Positions 20,048 to 30,653 of a DNA stretch of 64,000 bases are shown here, piece by piece. Origin of the DNA: Limnothrix sp. BL-A-16 (GTDB lineage Bacteria; Cyanobacteriota; Cyanobacteriia; CACIAM-69d); NCBI GenBank assembly GCA_041937175.2, contig CP166615.1, positions 1,504,001-1,568,000 of the forward strand. The letters run 5' to 3'. A program made the position numbers and the translations under genes. The notes under the pieces were generated by a model, which saw only the letters and a list, made by a program, of their open reading frames with translations, did no database searches and was not told where the DNA came from. Every line of letters starts with the position of its first letter. Position 1 is the first letter of the stretch.

Positions 20048-21223
20048 ATGTTAGTGCAGCAACAGCCGTCCCTGACTTGGTTGCAGCGCGAGCGGGCCTG
20101 GGTGGAAATTGACCTGGCGGCCCTGCGCCACAATGTGCGCCACCTGAAAACCTGGGTGGGCGATCGGGTGGAATTGTTGGCGGTGGTCAAGGCCGATGCC
20201 TATGGCCACGGGGCGGCCACCATTGCCCGATCGGCCCTGGCGGCGGGGGCCCAATGGCTGGCGGTGGCCACAATCGAGGAAGGTGGCCAACTCCGAGAAG
20301 CCAACATTGATGCACCCATTTTGGTGTTAGGCGCAGCTCACACCGCTGATCAGATCAAGGCGCTGCTGCATTGGAAACTGCAACCCACCCTCTGCACCCT
20401 GCAACAGAGTTTTACCTTTGCGGAGGTGCTGAAATCCTTAGGGCGATCGCTGCCGGTACACCTCAACATCGACACCGGCATGGCCCGGCTGGGAACCCGC
20501 TGGACGGAAGCTGCGGACTGGGCCCAATGGGTTGCCCAAGCCCCCTCCCTGCACCTGGCCAGTCTGTATTCCCACTTCGCTACGGCCGATGAACCGGATC
20601 CCACGGTGATGCGGCTGCAATATCAGCGATTTCAGGAATTTTTGCAGGATTTTTCCCAACGGGCCCGATCGAGCGGCCTGACCCTGCCCAAAATTCACAT
20701 GGCCAATTCCGCCGCCCTGTTGGCCGATCAGGCTTACCACTTCGATTGGGTGCGGGCTGGCCTGGCGCTTTATGGCCTGGCCCCCGCGCCACACCTAGCC
20801 GGCATCTTGCCCCTGCAACCGGTCATGAGCATCCGCGCCCGCATCACCCAGCTCAAGACGATCGAACCCGGCGAGGGGGTGAGCTATGGCCATCGTTACG
20901 TGGCCCAGCGGCCCACCCGGGTGGCCGTGGTCGGAATTGGCTATGCCGATGGCGTGCCGCGCAACCTGTCTAACCAAATGCAGGTTTTGATTCGTGGGCG
21001 ATCGGTTCCGCAGATTGGGTCAATCACCATGGATCAGTTGATGTTGGATGTGACGGACTTCCCCGGCGATCTGATGCCGGGTGAGGTGGTCACCCTGTTG
21101 GGAGAGGATGCCGGCCAGCAAATTCGGGCAGAAGATTGGGCCGATCGCCTGGGAACCATTTCTTGGGAAATCCTTTGCGGCTTTAAGCATCGCCTTCCTA
21201 GGATTACGGTTAATGATGAATAG
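20048..21223 (+). CDS. alr: Alanine racemase
   Basis: AVVKADAYGHG, IDTGMARLG, GYADG, GSITMD; AGGAG RBS upstream. Confidence 0.96.
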   Translation: MLVQQQPSLTWLQRERAWVEIDLAALRHNVRHLKTWVGDRVELLAVVKADAYGHGAATIARSALAAGAQWLAVATIEEGGQLREANIDAPILVLGAAHTADQIKALLHWKLQPTLCTLQQSFTFAEVLKSLGRSLPVHLNIDTGMARLGTRWTEAADWAQWVAQAPSLHLASLYSHFATADEPDPTVMRLQYQRFQEFLQDFSQRARSSGLTLPKIHMANSAALLADQAYHFDWVRAGLALYGLAPAPHLAGILPLQPVMSIRARITQLKTIEPGEGVSYGHRYVAQRPTRVAVVGIGYADGVPRNLSNQMQVLIRGRSVPQIGSITMDQLMLDVTDFPGDLMPGEVVTLLGEDAGQQIRAEDWADRLGTISWEILCGFKHRLPRITVNDE

Positions 21224-21263
21224 AGGGCTGAATTGAGCTGATGGAGGCAATTGCGGGGTTTTA

Positions 21264-21395
21264 GAGGATGTCTGAGAAGTGACTGGGGAACTTGCAAAGG
21301 TGCTAGTAGCCTTAGGGGCAAGGGGCTTAAGCCTCTTGTCTGCGTTGATCGATGCGACTCACAAGGTGACAGTTTTAGCTTTTCAGACATCCTTC
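21264..21395. mobile_element. MITE family A
   Basis: Ends gaggatgtctgagaag / cttttcagacatccttc; core caaggggcttaagcctcttg; flanks TTA / TAG (imperfect). Confidence 0.85.
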
Positions 21396-21465
21396 TAGAG
21401 GATTTTAGAGAAGCTTTCGCAGATACTAAAGAAATCCCGCTTAACCCTGCGACTCATCCCGCTCA

Positions 21466-24066
21466 ATGACCTTTCGGGTAAAACTCTCGCTTCATGGTTG
21501 CCTGGCAACGGAGGGACTGTTAGCCCGTTTGGACTTGTGGCGCAGTCCCTATCACCAACAAACTTGCGATACTCGCCTGCCGCCTGCGCCGGAATTGGCC
21601 CAGGTGGCCACGGAATTTTGGGACTTGTGGGCGAGTTATCCCAACTTGCGAATTAAGGTGAAGGGCGTTCAGCGACAGTTGCCCCTTCCTCTGCATCGTC
21701 AACAGTGCCAAATCGCGGCCGATCGCCTGCAAACCCTGTTTAACAACTGGTTGGGGGGGGAAAGCTTTCGGGAAATGACCCATGAAATTCTGCGATTTAG
21801 CCATCCCAGTGATGATTTGTGGCTGTCGATCGCCACGGACGATCGCCATGTGCAAAGGTTGCCTTGGGACGAATGGAAGCCCTTGAAAGGTCACCGGTTT
21901 GCCTGGGGCTGTTGTTCAACCAGTGGCAAGACACCACCGATTCAGGTGAGATCGACCCCCGGAGTTGTGGTTCGGATTTTGGCGGTTTTGGGCGATCGGG
22001 TGGATTTAAACCTGGATCCCGATTATCAGGCTCTTCAACAATTGAGCAACGAGGGGTTGGCGGATGTGCAGTTGCTGGACGCGCCGACTCCTGAACAGTT
22101 TTTTGATGCGCTGCGAGATCAACAACCGCAAGTGCTGGTCTTTGCGGGCCATGGCTATCCCGAAACCAAAAGCCGATCGAGTCAGATTGGCCTTAACTTT
22201 CAGAACAACATTTCCGTAGAAAACTTCAGCCATGCCCTTGAAGGCGCGGTTCAACAGGGTTTGCAACTGGCGATTTTTAACTGTTGCCACAGTGTGGACT
22301 TGGCGGAAGCACTGCATCGATCGCACCTACCGGCCGCCATTGTGATGCGGGCTTCGGTGCCCGATCTGGTCGCTCAACATTTCCTCAAGGATTTTCTAAC
22401 TCACTACGCCCAATCGCGGTCGCTGCCCCTATCTCTGTACGAAGCCCGTCGATCGCTCCAACGCTCCAGCGCCGAATTTCCCAGGGCCGATTGGTTGCCG
22501 CTGGTGTTTCACCATCCCCTGTTAGATTTGCCCACTTGGCCCGATCGCGCCCACGCGGAAACCGATTTCCAAAGCTGGATTGAACCCGTTGGCCCCAGTG
22601 CAGCTCGGCCCGGCAGCGATCGGGCACTGAGGCAGGATCCAATCCAGAAATTTAGTCAGGAAGCCGGTCAAGAAATCAGTCAAAAATCAAGCCAGGAATT
22701 AGATCAGGAATCAAATCAGAAATTAGATCAGGAATCAAATCAGGCACTGAGTCCAGAAAACAATCAGCAAATTAGCTCGAAAATTAGCCTGAAAATTAGT
22801 CCGAAATCATTGCAACTGGGTGTGCAGGCACTTTTGGCCACGGGAATCACCATTGGCCTAGGCGGCATGATCCAGACCCCGGAGTTTTGGGTTTATGACG
22901 CAATGGTGCAGCGGCGGCCGTTGGAATTACAAGATCAACGCATTTTGCTGGTGACGATTGATGAAAATGACGTGGCTTATCAAGATCGTCAAGGTTGGCA
23001 ACGAATTCCAACGGCCGATGGCGGGTTAAATTCCGTGGCTCCGGAGGCCTTGGCCAAGCTTCAGGAGCGACTGGCCACCCTGAAACCCAGCGTCATTGGA
23101 GTGGATATTTATTACCCCTGGCCGCTGACATCCGCTTGGCAAAAGCGCCTTTGGTCGAATCCTCGGGTGGTGGGTTTGTGCAAATTAGCCGATCCAACGG
23201 AGTCTGTTGTGGAAATTCCGGCCCCAGTGGGCTTGAAGCGCGATCGGGTGGCTTTTTCTGACCAAGCCGACGATTCAGAAGGGGTGGTGCGACGGCAGCT
23301 CTTGGCCATGGCGGCTCCCAAGTCTAGCCAAACTTGTCACACTACCTATGGATTGAGCGGCCTGGTGGTGGATGAGTACCTCAAGCAACGGGGCGTGGCA
23401 AGTTTGACCGTTGGCAATCGCTGGCAGTATGGTTCCGTCACAATTCCCCAAATTACCGCCGGAGCAGGGGGGTATGGGTGGTTTGATGACCAAGGCAATC
23501 AACTGCTGTTGGCTCCTCGGCGGGCGGATTGGGTTCGTTTGCCGCTGCGGGAGGTGTTGCAAAGTACCGATCGAATTCCTTGGACTGGTCAACCCAACCC
23601 GATCGTTTTAATTGGCAATATTCAAGCCAGCTCCGGCGATTGGTGGAAACTGCCGGGTGGGCAGGAGATTCCGGGCTTGGAGATTCAGGCTCACGGCATC
23701 AGTCAACTGATTAGCGCGGTGCTGGACAATCGCCCCTTGCTTCAGGCGATCGCCTGGCCGCAGAAGGCGTTGTGGATTTTGCTCTGGGCAGTTCTGGGAG
23801 CAGGGCTGTTGGCGGTTTGGCAGGCACGATCCCCGCAGCCTCGTTGGTACGATCGGCTCTGGGTTTGGGCTTTTGGCTCGCTGATGGTGGGGGCGATCGG
23901 GATGATTAGCTTTTTTTGGGCGGCCTGGTGGTTACCGGTGGTTTCGCCCATGGTGGCGATCGGGCTGGTGTTGTTGCCATTGCCCGGGAGAAAGGGCCGT
24001 TCCCAGTTCTCCCGATGGCTAGGCCTGGTGCGGCGACTCCCTAGGCGATTGCTGAAGTCTTCTTGA
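21466..24066 (+). CDS. CHAT domain + CHASE2 domain membrane protein
   Basis: LPWDEW, VFAGHG, IFNCC (caspase-like His/Cys), then CHASE2 (ILLVTIDEND, VIGVDIY, DDSEGVVRR, PGLEIQAH) and C-terminal TM helices. Confidence 0.85.
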   Translation: MTFRVKLSLHGCLATEGLLARLDLWRSPYHQQTCDTRLPPAPELAQVATEFWDLWASYPNLRIKVKGVQRQLPLPLHRQQCQIAADRLQTLFNNWLGGESFREMTHEILRFSHPSDDLWLSIATDDRHVQRLPWDEWKPLKGHRFAWGCCSTSGKTPPIQVRSTPGVVVRILAVLGDRVDLNLDPDYQALQQLSNEGLADVQLLDAPTPEQFFDALRDQQPQVLVFAGHGYPETKSRSSQIGLNFQNNISVENFSHALEGAVQQGLQLAIFNCCHSVDLAEALHRSHLPAAIVMRASVPDLVAQHFLKDFLTHYAQSRSLPLSLYEARRSLQRSSAEFPRADWLPLVFHHPLLDLPTWPDRAHAETDFQSWIEPVGPSAARPGSDRALRQDPIQKFSQEAGQEISQKSSQELDQESNQKLDQESNQALSPENNQQISSKISLKISPKSLQLGVQALLATGITIGLGGMIQTPEFWVYDAMVQRRPLELQDQRILLVTIDENDVAYQDRQGWQRIPTADGGLNSVAPEALAKLQERLATLKPSVIGVDIYYPWPLTSAWQKRLWSNPRVVGLCKLADPTESVVEIPAPVGLKRDRVAFSDQADDSEGVVRRQLLAMAAPKSSQTCHTTYGLSGLVVDEYLKQRGVASLTVGNRWQYGSVTIPQITAGAGGYGWFDDQGNQLLLAPRRADWVRLPLREVLQSTDRIPWTGQPNPIVLIGNIQASSGDWWKLPGGQEIPGLEIQAHGISQLISAVLDNRPLLQAIAWPQKALWILLWAVLGAGLLAVWQARSPQPRWYDRLWVWAFGSLMVGAIGMISFFWAAWWLPVVSPMVAIGLVLLPLPGRKGRSQFSRWLGLVRRLPRRLLKSS

Positions 24067-24829
24067 GAGGTATGGCCAGGCGATCGCCCGGTTTGGGTTC
24101 CAGGATTTGGGCTGCCAATCCTGCTCTTTGCAATTGGGTTTGCAGTTCAGCGGCATTGCCCTTCGCCCGCAACAGGGACACCAGCAGGCCTTCGTATTGC
24201 ACATCGCCCGCCGCCGCCGTGGGCAACATCACTTGGGGCCGCAGCAGGGTTGCCAGTTTCAAGGCGCTGTTGGTTCCCTGAATGATCGGCAGGAACCCCC
24301 CGATCGACAGATCCATCAGCGGGCAAAGGGTTACATCCACCGGCCCCAACTCGCTCAACTCCGCCGGGTGATAACCGTGGGGTTCATAGTACAGACTTTC
24401 GCCGGTTTCGGGCCCCGCGATCGCCCGCAGAATATAGCCGTTTTCTAGGGTTTTGGGCCCCGTGGGGGAGCCGGTGGTGGCGCGGATGGCCACCTGTTGA
24501 TCCAGCGTCCAAGTTTGGCCATGATCGAGGGCGATCGCCGTTTGGAAACCCAACTGTTCGGCAACCTTGGCCGCGCTGGGCGATCCCAACACCGGCACGG
24601 TGCGATCGATCTGTTCCAGGGTGGGGCGATGGGCATGATCTTCCAGCCCTTGGGACAGCAAAACCAAATCCAAATTGGCGGGGATTGGCCGGGGGTTGGG
24701 ATGGGTGGCCTTAAAAAACCAAGCGGCATTCCCAAACATCAGCGGCCCCACAAACCAGGGATCAAGCAAAATTCGCTTGCCCGCCAGTTCAATCAACCAG
24801 CTATTGCTATCAAACCAAGTGAGGTGCAT
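24041..24829 (-). CDS. MBL-fold metallo-hydrolase
   Basis: MHLTWFDSNSWLIE, LLDPW, SQGLEDHAH, YYEPHG; start taken at the ATG at 24829. Confidence 0.88.
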   Translation of the reverse strand: MHLTWFDSNSWLIELAGKRILLDPWFVGPLMFGNAAWFFKATHPNPRPIPANLDLVLLSQGLEDHAHRPTLEQIDRTVPVLGSPSAAKVAEQLGFQTAIALDHGQTWTLDQQVAIRATTGSPTGPKTLENGYILRAIAGPETGESLYYEPHGYHPAELSELGPVDVTLCPLMDLSIGGFLPIIQGTNSALKLATLLRPQVMLPTAAAGDVQYEGLLVSLLRAKGNAAELQTQLQRAGLAAQILEPKPGDRLAIPLKKTSAIA

Positions 24830-24925
24830 GGGTGCGATCGGGAAGTTTGCGAGTGGATCTGCCTTGTATCGTAGCGCTGGATTTTGATTCTCGATCCCGT
24901 CCCGCAACGCTCGCCAACCCGATTC

Positions 24926-25774
24926 CTAACTGGCGCGATCGGCCAACGTTCGATCGTCCTGCCCACCGCGATCGAGCAAACCGCGCAGGGCCCGCCGACA
25001 GATATAGGCCGTGGCTCGGGTGGTAGATTCCCGCTGCCAACGCTGGCAACAGTCCCAAACAAACTGTGGCTGTGATTTGGCCGCATCGTTCAGCCAATTG
25101 GCAACGCTGTTTTGCACATAACGCACAGGATCCGCCCGCAGGGGTTCCAACAAGGGCAACCCCAAAGATGGCTCGCGCTTTAGGGCTTGAATATGCGCAC
25201 ACCACACGCCCCGCGGCCGGGTTAACTCCGTGGCAAACCGGCGCAAATTTGGCGATGGGTGCAGCGTCCAGGGAATTAACTGAGCGATCGCCAGCTCCAA
25301 TTGATGGGCCGCATGGGGCCGCAACGCCATCCAAGCCCACTCCCGCACGTTGGCGTTGGGATCGTCCGCTAAGTTGGCGATTTGGACCAGGCGATCGGGA
25401 AACGACAGCCCCGGAGCCAAGCCCACCATCATCGCAGCCCAACTGCGGGCCGTGTCGCTGCGGTGGGTGGCAAAGCGTTCCGAACCGGTCAAGCCATACC
25501 GATCGAGCAGCAGTTGCCCCACGATTTGCATCCGAGCCTTAATTTTCAAGTGGCCATGGGCGCTTACCTGTTCCAAAATCGGCGCTCCCAGGTCAGGGGC
25601 GATCGCCCGGAGCAGTTGCCCATGGTCGATCGCCAGCACTTCCGCAAGGGTCACAGCCTCCAGCGTGCCGTGATTCAGTTGCTGCAAAAGATCCGGGGCA
25701 ATTTCTGCGATCGACTTCGCACCGGTACGGGCCGGAGCGGGGGAAACGGGACAAGTTTTCATGCCAGACACCAA
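24926..25774 (-). CDS. DNA alkylation repair protein (HEAT-repeat, AlkC/AlkD-like)
   Basis: VREWAWMALR, RRFATELTRPRGVWCAHI, YVQNSVANWLNDAAK. Confidence 0.85.
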   Translation of the reverse strand: MVSGMKTCPVSPAPARTGAKSIAEIAPDLLQQLNHGTLEAVTLAEVLAIDHGQLLRAIAPDLGAPILEQVSAHGHLKIKARMQIVGQLLLDRYGLTGSERFATHRSDTARSWAAMMVGLAPGLSFPDRLVQIANLADDPNANVREWAWMALRPHAAHQLELAIAQLIPWTLHPSPNLRRFATELTRPRGVWCAHIQALKREPSLGLPLLEPLRADPVRYVQNSVANWLNDAAKSQPQFVWDCCQRWQRESTTRATAYICRRALRGLLDRGGQDDRTLADRAS

Positions 25775-26817
25775 TGGGTTCAGTCAGCCAGGCAGGTCAG
25801 GCTGAGATCCAGCAGCCGATGCGACCACCTGCACCAGATCCTAGTGAGGCGATCGCCCAAAAACAAATTTCCGTCAGAAATGGGTTGAACATCACGCCAA
25901 TGGCTGATTAACCCCAAGAGCTTTCGCTAAGGAACCCATGTAATGAACTGACCGATGAATCATGAGTTCAATCAGCACCAATTCGGGATGAATCATCAGG
26001 TTATTTCAGATGCTTTAAACACCTTTTTTTCAAAGAATGTTTTAAAACAACATCAAAGTCAAAAATGATTGCGATCGGGCCACCATTCCGCTAAAACTAG
26101 TGACTGTCGTGGGCAGTGACACCGATCAAAGTTGATGAAACCGGCTGAGTTGATCAAACTGGCTGGAGAATTCAACCGATCGAATCGCTGCCAACTCCCG
26201 ATCGCCCGGGGAGCCTTGGCCCAAGACTTTGTTCTGCATGGCCATCGCGTACCCCATCCCTGGCCCGATCGCCCGATGGTCGAAACTCAAACCGACCATT
26301 TCTAGATGCCCGAACACTAATGAATTCTTCAATCTCTCAAGGCTTCAATTGCCCAATATTTCAACAATCAATGATTGAATAATTGGATGATTAGAAATTT
26401 TGAGAAATTCTAGTCAGGCTTCATTAGTCCTGCGTAGTGCCCCTAAATATCTAACCTGACTCAACAATTCATCTAAGATTTCTTGGATTCAATTGCATGA
26501 ATTCAATTCGTCCATGCTTGTTCATGAACTGAGGGTAATTGACCAAAGTTTGTGAACTTGATCGCCAATCATTCTGTTTTTCTGGGTGAAGTCTCTAGCC
26601 AGTTTTCGAGAGAGTCAGAGGTGTAATTAACTTCCGGCTTGCTTGGGCTGCTGCGAACTGGAAAAACTGAAAACTCGCGATTACCCATTGTGATGATGGG
26701 TGAACATGGGCTGATGATTGATTCTCGATGAATCTTTGGATTGTTGTGAGATATGGCGGCAATCTGCGTTGGGCAAGGGTGATTTTTGCTGTTTTGCTGC
26801 CTGGAATAATTACTACG

Positions 26818-27237
26818 ATGACTAAAGTCGAGTGGAGCGATCATTTCTGTATTGGTGACGATCGAGTGGATCAGGAGCACCAAGACATTTTTGAATTAGT
26901 GAATGAATTGCAGAGTGCCATCGATCGTCAGGAATCGATGGACAAGCTGGCAATGATGCTGGAACAGTTGGCTGAACACACGATCGCCCATTTTCAGCAT
27001 GAAGAATCACTCATGCAACATCATGCTTACCCGGGACTCGATCGCCATAAGCATTGCCATGATCGCCTAATTCAGAAAGTGACTAAACTGATGCAGCAGT
27101 TTCAAACGGGTGAAACCGGTGCTATTCAGAATTTGATGAATTTCTTAGCCGATTGGTTGCGCCACCACATCAAGGGCGAAGATCAAAAAATGATCCAGTT
27201 TATGCAACAGAAGCACCACCAACTTGCGACGGTTTGA
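26818..27237 (+). CDS. Single-domain bacteriohemerythrin
   Basis: VDQEHQ, HFQHEE, HKHCH, WLRHHIKGED di-iron ligands; start at the ATG at 26818. Confidence 0.92.
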   Translation: MTKVEWSDHFCIGDDRVDQEHQDIFELVNELQSAIDRQESMDKLAMMLEQLAEHTIAHFQHEESLMQHHAYPGLDRHKHCHDRLIQKVTKLMQQFQTGETGAIQNLMNFLADWLRHHIKGEDQKMIQFMQQKHHQLATV

Positions 27238-27276
27238 GGGGCTGTTTCGACAGATTGAGAATTCATTGGGATCTGA

Positions 27277-28461
27277 TCAGGAATTTGCCTGGAAATTTGC
27301 CAAAGATTCCACAATGACCCGAGCAGCGGTTTCCGTTGAAAAGTGCTCCATGGTGGTGGCGTATCGATCGAACTGTCGATCGATACCCATCACCTGTTGA
27401 ATCGCGGTTGCCAGGGCCGTTGCGTCCCCGATCGGGATTGTTTGCACTGCGGGTAATTCACCAAAATCCACCGTAGAACCCACCGCTTCCGTGGCAATGA
27501 AGGGTAAGCCCGCTTGCAAACCTTCATTAATCACCAATCCCCAGGTTTCTCCTGCCCGATTGGAGGGCAAAATTAGCACATCTGCCGCTAAGTAAAAGGG
27601 GGGTAATTCCTGCTGATTCCGAAACCCTAAAAACTTGACCGCCAAGTCCGGCATGGTTTCCGCTTGGGCTTCCAGTTGTGGTTGCAATTCCCCAGCGCCC
27701 AGATACAGAACCGCTAATTGGGCTTGCAAGGCCGGGGGTAACTGGGCGATCGCCTGAAGAATTAAACCGGGATTTTTTTTGGGAATTAATTTACCGCTAA
27801 AGAGCAAAACAGTTCGCTCTGGATTGAGCCAAAGGGCGGCACGGGTTTTAGCCCGAATCGTTTGTTTTTTTTCAGGAGATAAATCTGCGAATCGATCGGG
27901 CACGCAGTAGTAAGCCATGGCAATTCGGCGGGCGGGAATTCCGTGACGAATCAGGTGCTCGCGGTTCAGGGAGCCGATCGCCACGGCCGAATCAAACAAC
28001 CCATACAGCAACCGATAAACCAGCGATCGCACGAGGCTTTTCCAGCCCTGGCGTGGCACTGCCTGATCATTGGTTTCCACCCGCAAGCTGCAAGGAATTT
28101 TCCGAAATTTGGCGGAAATGGCAGCGGTGACAGCTCCCTTATAAATCAAGCTGTGAATCAGCAGGCGATCGGGTTTTTCTTGGCGCAATAGGGCCGGAAA
28201 ACCGGTGGCTCGCAAACTCCAAAAACCCTTGGGTTGCTTTGTTTGGTTGGGATTCAAAACGACCGATCGATAGCCATTGAGTAGGGGTTCATCCCAAGCA
28301 ATACTTTGGCCAAACTCCCGATCACGATAGCCTTGAATTGAAAAATCCGAGAGATAAACCACCAACAATTCATCACCTCTGGCGGCCAATTCTTGGGCCA
28401 TGCACCGAAATACCGGAGCGTGATATTGCACCGGATGGGAAGCCAAAACCAAAAGCTTCAT
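27277..28461 (-). CDS. Glycosyltransferase family 4
   Basis: SHPVQY, FSGKLIPKK, ETWGLVINE. Confidence 0.9.
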   Translation of the reverse strand: MKLLVLASHPVQYHAPVFRCMAQELAARGDELLVVYLSDFSIQGYRDREFGQSIAWDEPLLNGYRSVVLNPNQTKQPKGFWSLRATGFPALLRQEKPDRLLIHSLIYKGAVTAAISAKFRKIPCSLRVETNDQAVPRQGWKSLVRSLVYRLLYGLFDSAVAIGSLNREHLIRHGIPARRIAMAYYCVPDRFADLSPEKKQTIRAKTRAALWLNPERTVLLFSGKLIPKKNPGLILQAIAQLPPALQAQLAVLYLGAGELQPQLEAQAETMPDLAVKFLGFRNQQELPPFYLAADVLILPSNRAGETWGLVINEGLQAGLPFIATEAVGSTVDFGELPAVQTIPIGDATALATAIQQVMGIDRQFDRYATTMEHFSTETAARVIVESLANFQANS

Positions 28462-28482
28462 TGTTAGACCTGTGAGACCTAT

Positions 28483-30018
28483 CTATTGCATTCGATCGAC
28501 AATGCGATATTGCACCGCTTCAGCCACGTGGCCCGGTTCAATTGTCTCGCTTTGTTCTAAATCCGCGATCGTTCGGGCCACTTTCAGGATCCGATCAGTC
28601 GCCCTTGCCGATAATCCTAACCGTCGAATTGCGTTTTCCAATAGCGATCGGGTCTGATCCGTCAGGGCACACCAGCGGCGAATCTGGCGGCTTTGCATTT
28701 CCGCATTGCATTGCACGGGCGATTGCGATTCCTCTTGGGCAAAGCGAGACTGGGCCACCTGCCGCGCCGCCAACACCCGATCGCGCACGGCCGCCGAGGG
28801 TTCCCCACCGCTCGATCGGGTCACCTCCTCCGGTTGCAGCCGATTCACCACCACCTGCAAATCAATCCGATCCATCAGCGGCCCCGACAGCTTGGCCCAA
28901 TAGCGTTGACGCTGCATGGGCGAGCAGGTACAGGCCTGCACCGAATCGCCATAATAGCCACAGGGACAAGGGTTGGTGCTGGCCACCAGGGTAAACCGCG
29001 CCGGAAATCGCACCGTTTGCCGGGCCCGGGAAATGGTCACGCAGCCTTCTTCGAGGGGTTGGCGCAAAAACTCCAGCACGTCCCGTTTAAATTCCGTTAG
29101 CTCATCCAAAAACAACACCCCTCGATGGGACAGGGAAATTTCTCCCGGTCGCGGAAAGCTGCCACCACCCACCAGCGAGGGGCCAGAGGCGGAATGGTGC
29201 GGACTGCGAAAGGGGCGATCGCGCACCAAGGTTCCCCGCTCTTTCAGCAAGCCAGCCACCGAATGAATGCGCGTCACCTCCAGGGCCTCCGCAAAGGTCA
29301 ACCGGGGCAAGATACCCGGCAGCCGCTGAGCCAGCATGGTTTTGCCACTCCCCGGCGGCCCCACAAAAATCAAATTATGACCACCAGCGGCGGCAATTTC
29401 CAACGCTCGCCGGGCCTGGGTTTGGCCCTTCACATCGGCCAAGTCCAACAACGCCAAGGGGTCGGGCGATCGCCCTTCTGGGGGCGGTTGATGCGGCGCG
29501 ATCGTTTGCGGTTGGTTCAAAAACCGCGCCACCTCCGACAAATGCTCAAACCCATAAACCTGTAGCTCCCGCACGATCGCCGCTTCGTCCGCATTGGTCG
29601 CCGGTAACACCAAGCCCACAATGCCCAATTGAGCCGCCGCCGCCGCGATCGCTAACACGCCCGTCACTGGCCGCAAGGCTCCATCCAGCGCCACTTCTCC
29701 CACAAACAAGTGATCCCCCAACAGGGCCGCGCTCACTTGTCCAGAGGCGGCCAAAATTCCCACCCCGATCGCCAGGTCAAAACTCGGCCCCTCTTTCCGC
29801 AAATCGGCCGGAGCCAAATTCACCACGATTTTGCGCATGGGATAGGTAAATCCGGCATTTTTCAGGGCGGCTTTCACCCGTTCGCGAGATTCTTGCACCG
29901 CCGTATCCGGTAGCCCCACGATCGCAATTCCCGGCATCCCATTGGAGACATCCACCTCCACCCCCACCTTCACCGGGTCGATGCCCACCAAGGCCGCACT
30001 CCATACTCGGGCTAACAT
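28483..30018 (-). CDS. comM: YifB/ComM Mg-chelatase-like AAA+ ATPase
   Basis: VGLPDTAVQESRERV, GPPGSGKTMLA, RSPHHSAS, LFLDE, NPCPCG. Confidence 0.93.
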   Translation of the reverse strand: MLARVWSAALVGIDPVKVGVEVDVSNGMPGIAIVGLPDTAVQESRERVKAALKNAGFTYPMRKIVVNLAPADLRKEGPSFDLAIGVGILAASGQVSAALLGDHLFVGEVALDGALRPVTGVLAIAAAAAQLGIVGLVLPATNADEAAIVRELQVYGFEHLSEVARFLNQPQTIAPHQPPPEGRSPDPLALLDLADVKGQTQARRALEIAAAGGHNLIFVGPPGSGKTMLAQRLPGILPRLTFAEALEVTRIHSVAGLLKERGTLVRDRPFRSPHHSASGPSLVGGGSFPRPGEISLSHRGVLFLDELTEFKRDVLEFLRQPLEEGCVTISRARQTVRFPARFTLVASTNPCPCGYYGDSVQACTCSPMQRQRYWAKLSGPLMDRIDLQVVVNRLQPEEVTRSSGGEPSAAVRDRVLAARQVAQSRFAQEESQSPVQCNAEMQSRQIRRWCALTDQTRSLLENAIRRLGLSARATDRILKVARTIADLEQSETIEPGHVAEAVQYRIVDRMQ

Positions 30019-30653
30019 CGATTCCCGATCGCCTCACATTTTTGTGCAAAATCCAGGCTTTAGTGTATCAGCAGCGCCGGTCTCTCGCGAAACGATCTAA
30101 TTCACTTGTTGGTTCATGATCAGTTGGTTTCTATCTTTAAATACTCAAAGAGCGTTTGCCGAATAACTCACGCTGAGTATCTTTATTGCCCAATTTGACT
30201 ATTAATTTGACTACTAGTTTGATTGCTAATTTAGTAATTGATTTTTGCTTCAATTCTTGTCAATTCATTTTACTGAATCAAGTTACTGATCAAATGAAGA
30301 AATAACTCGATGAATAAACCAATCATTACTCAATTATGGTTCGCTGGTCGCAATCATGGGTCAGTAATTCAGTAATCAAGGATTTTTTCAGGTATCAAAA
30401 CGCACCCAGTATTAATATTTCTTGACACAATCGAATTGAACTGATGGCCACAGGAATTCGCTGGATTGATTCCTTCAGCATGGCCCCCTTGATAGACGGA
30501 ATCTTTCGCCATTTCCAGGAACTTGGATTACCGTAAAGCGAAGACGCAATCTTTCCTGTGGCAGTTTCGTTCCCGTCCTGGGCCACAGATCCGAATTCTG
30601 CAACCTTGAGCTTTGAACACCAAAGCCATCCTGGCGATCGCGAATCAGTTCCT

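Noticed and set aside
19776..20112. ORFs upstream of alr
   Set aside because: No motifs; they overlap the alr RBS and start, so this is probably promoter or UTR sequence.
24041..24066. Convergent overlap of the CHASE2 and MBL gene ends
   Set aside because: A 26-bp tail-to-tail overlap is ordinary.
26728..26817. Hydrophobic N-terminal extension of the hemerythrin
   Set aside because: The family-typical start is at 26818; the extension is probably an ORF-calling artefact.
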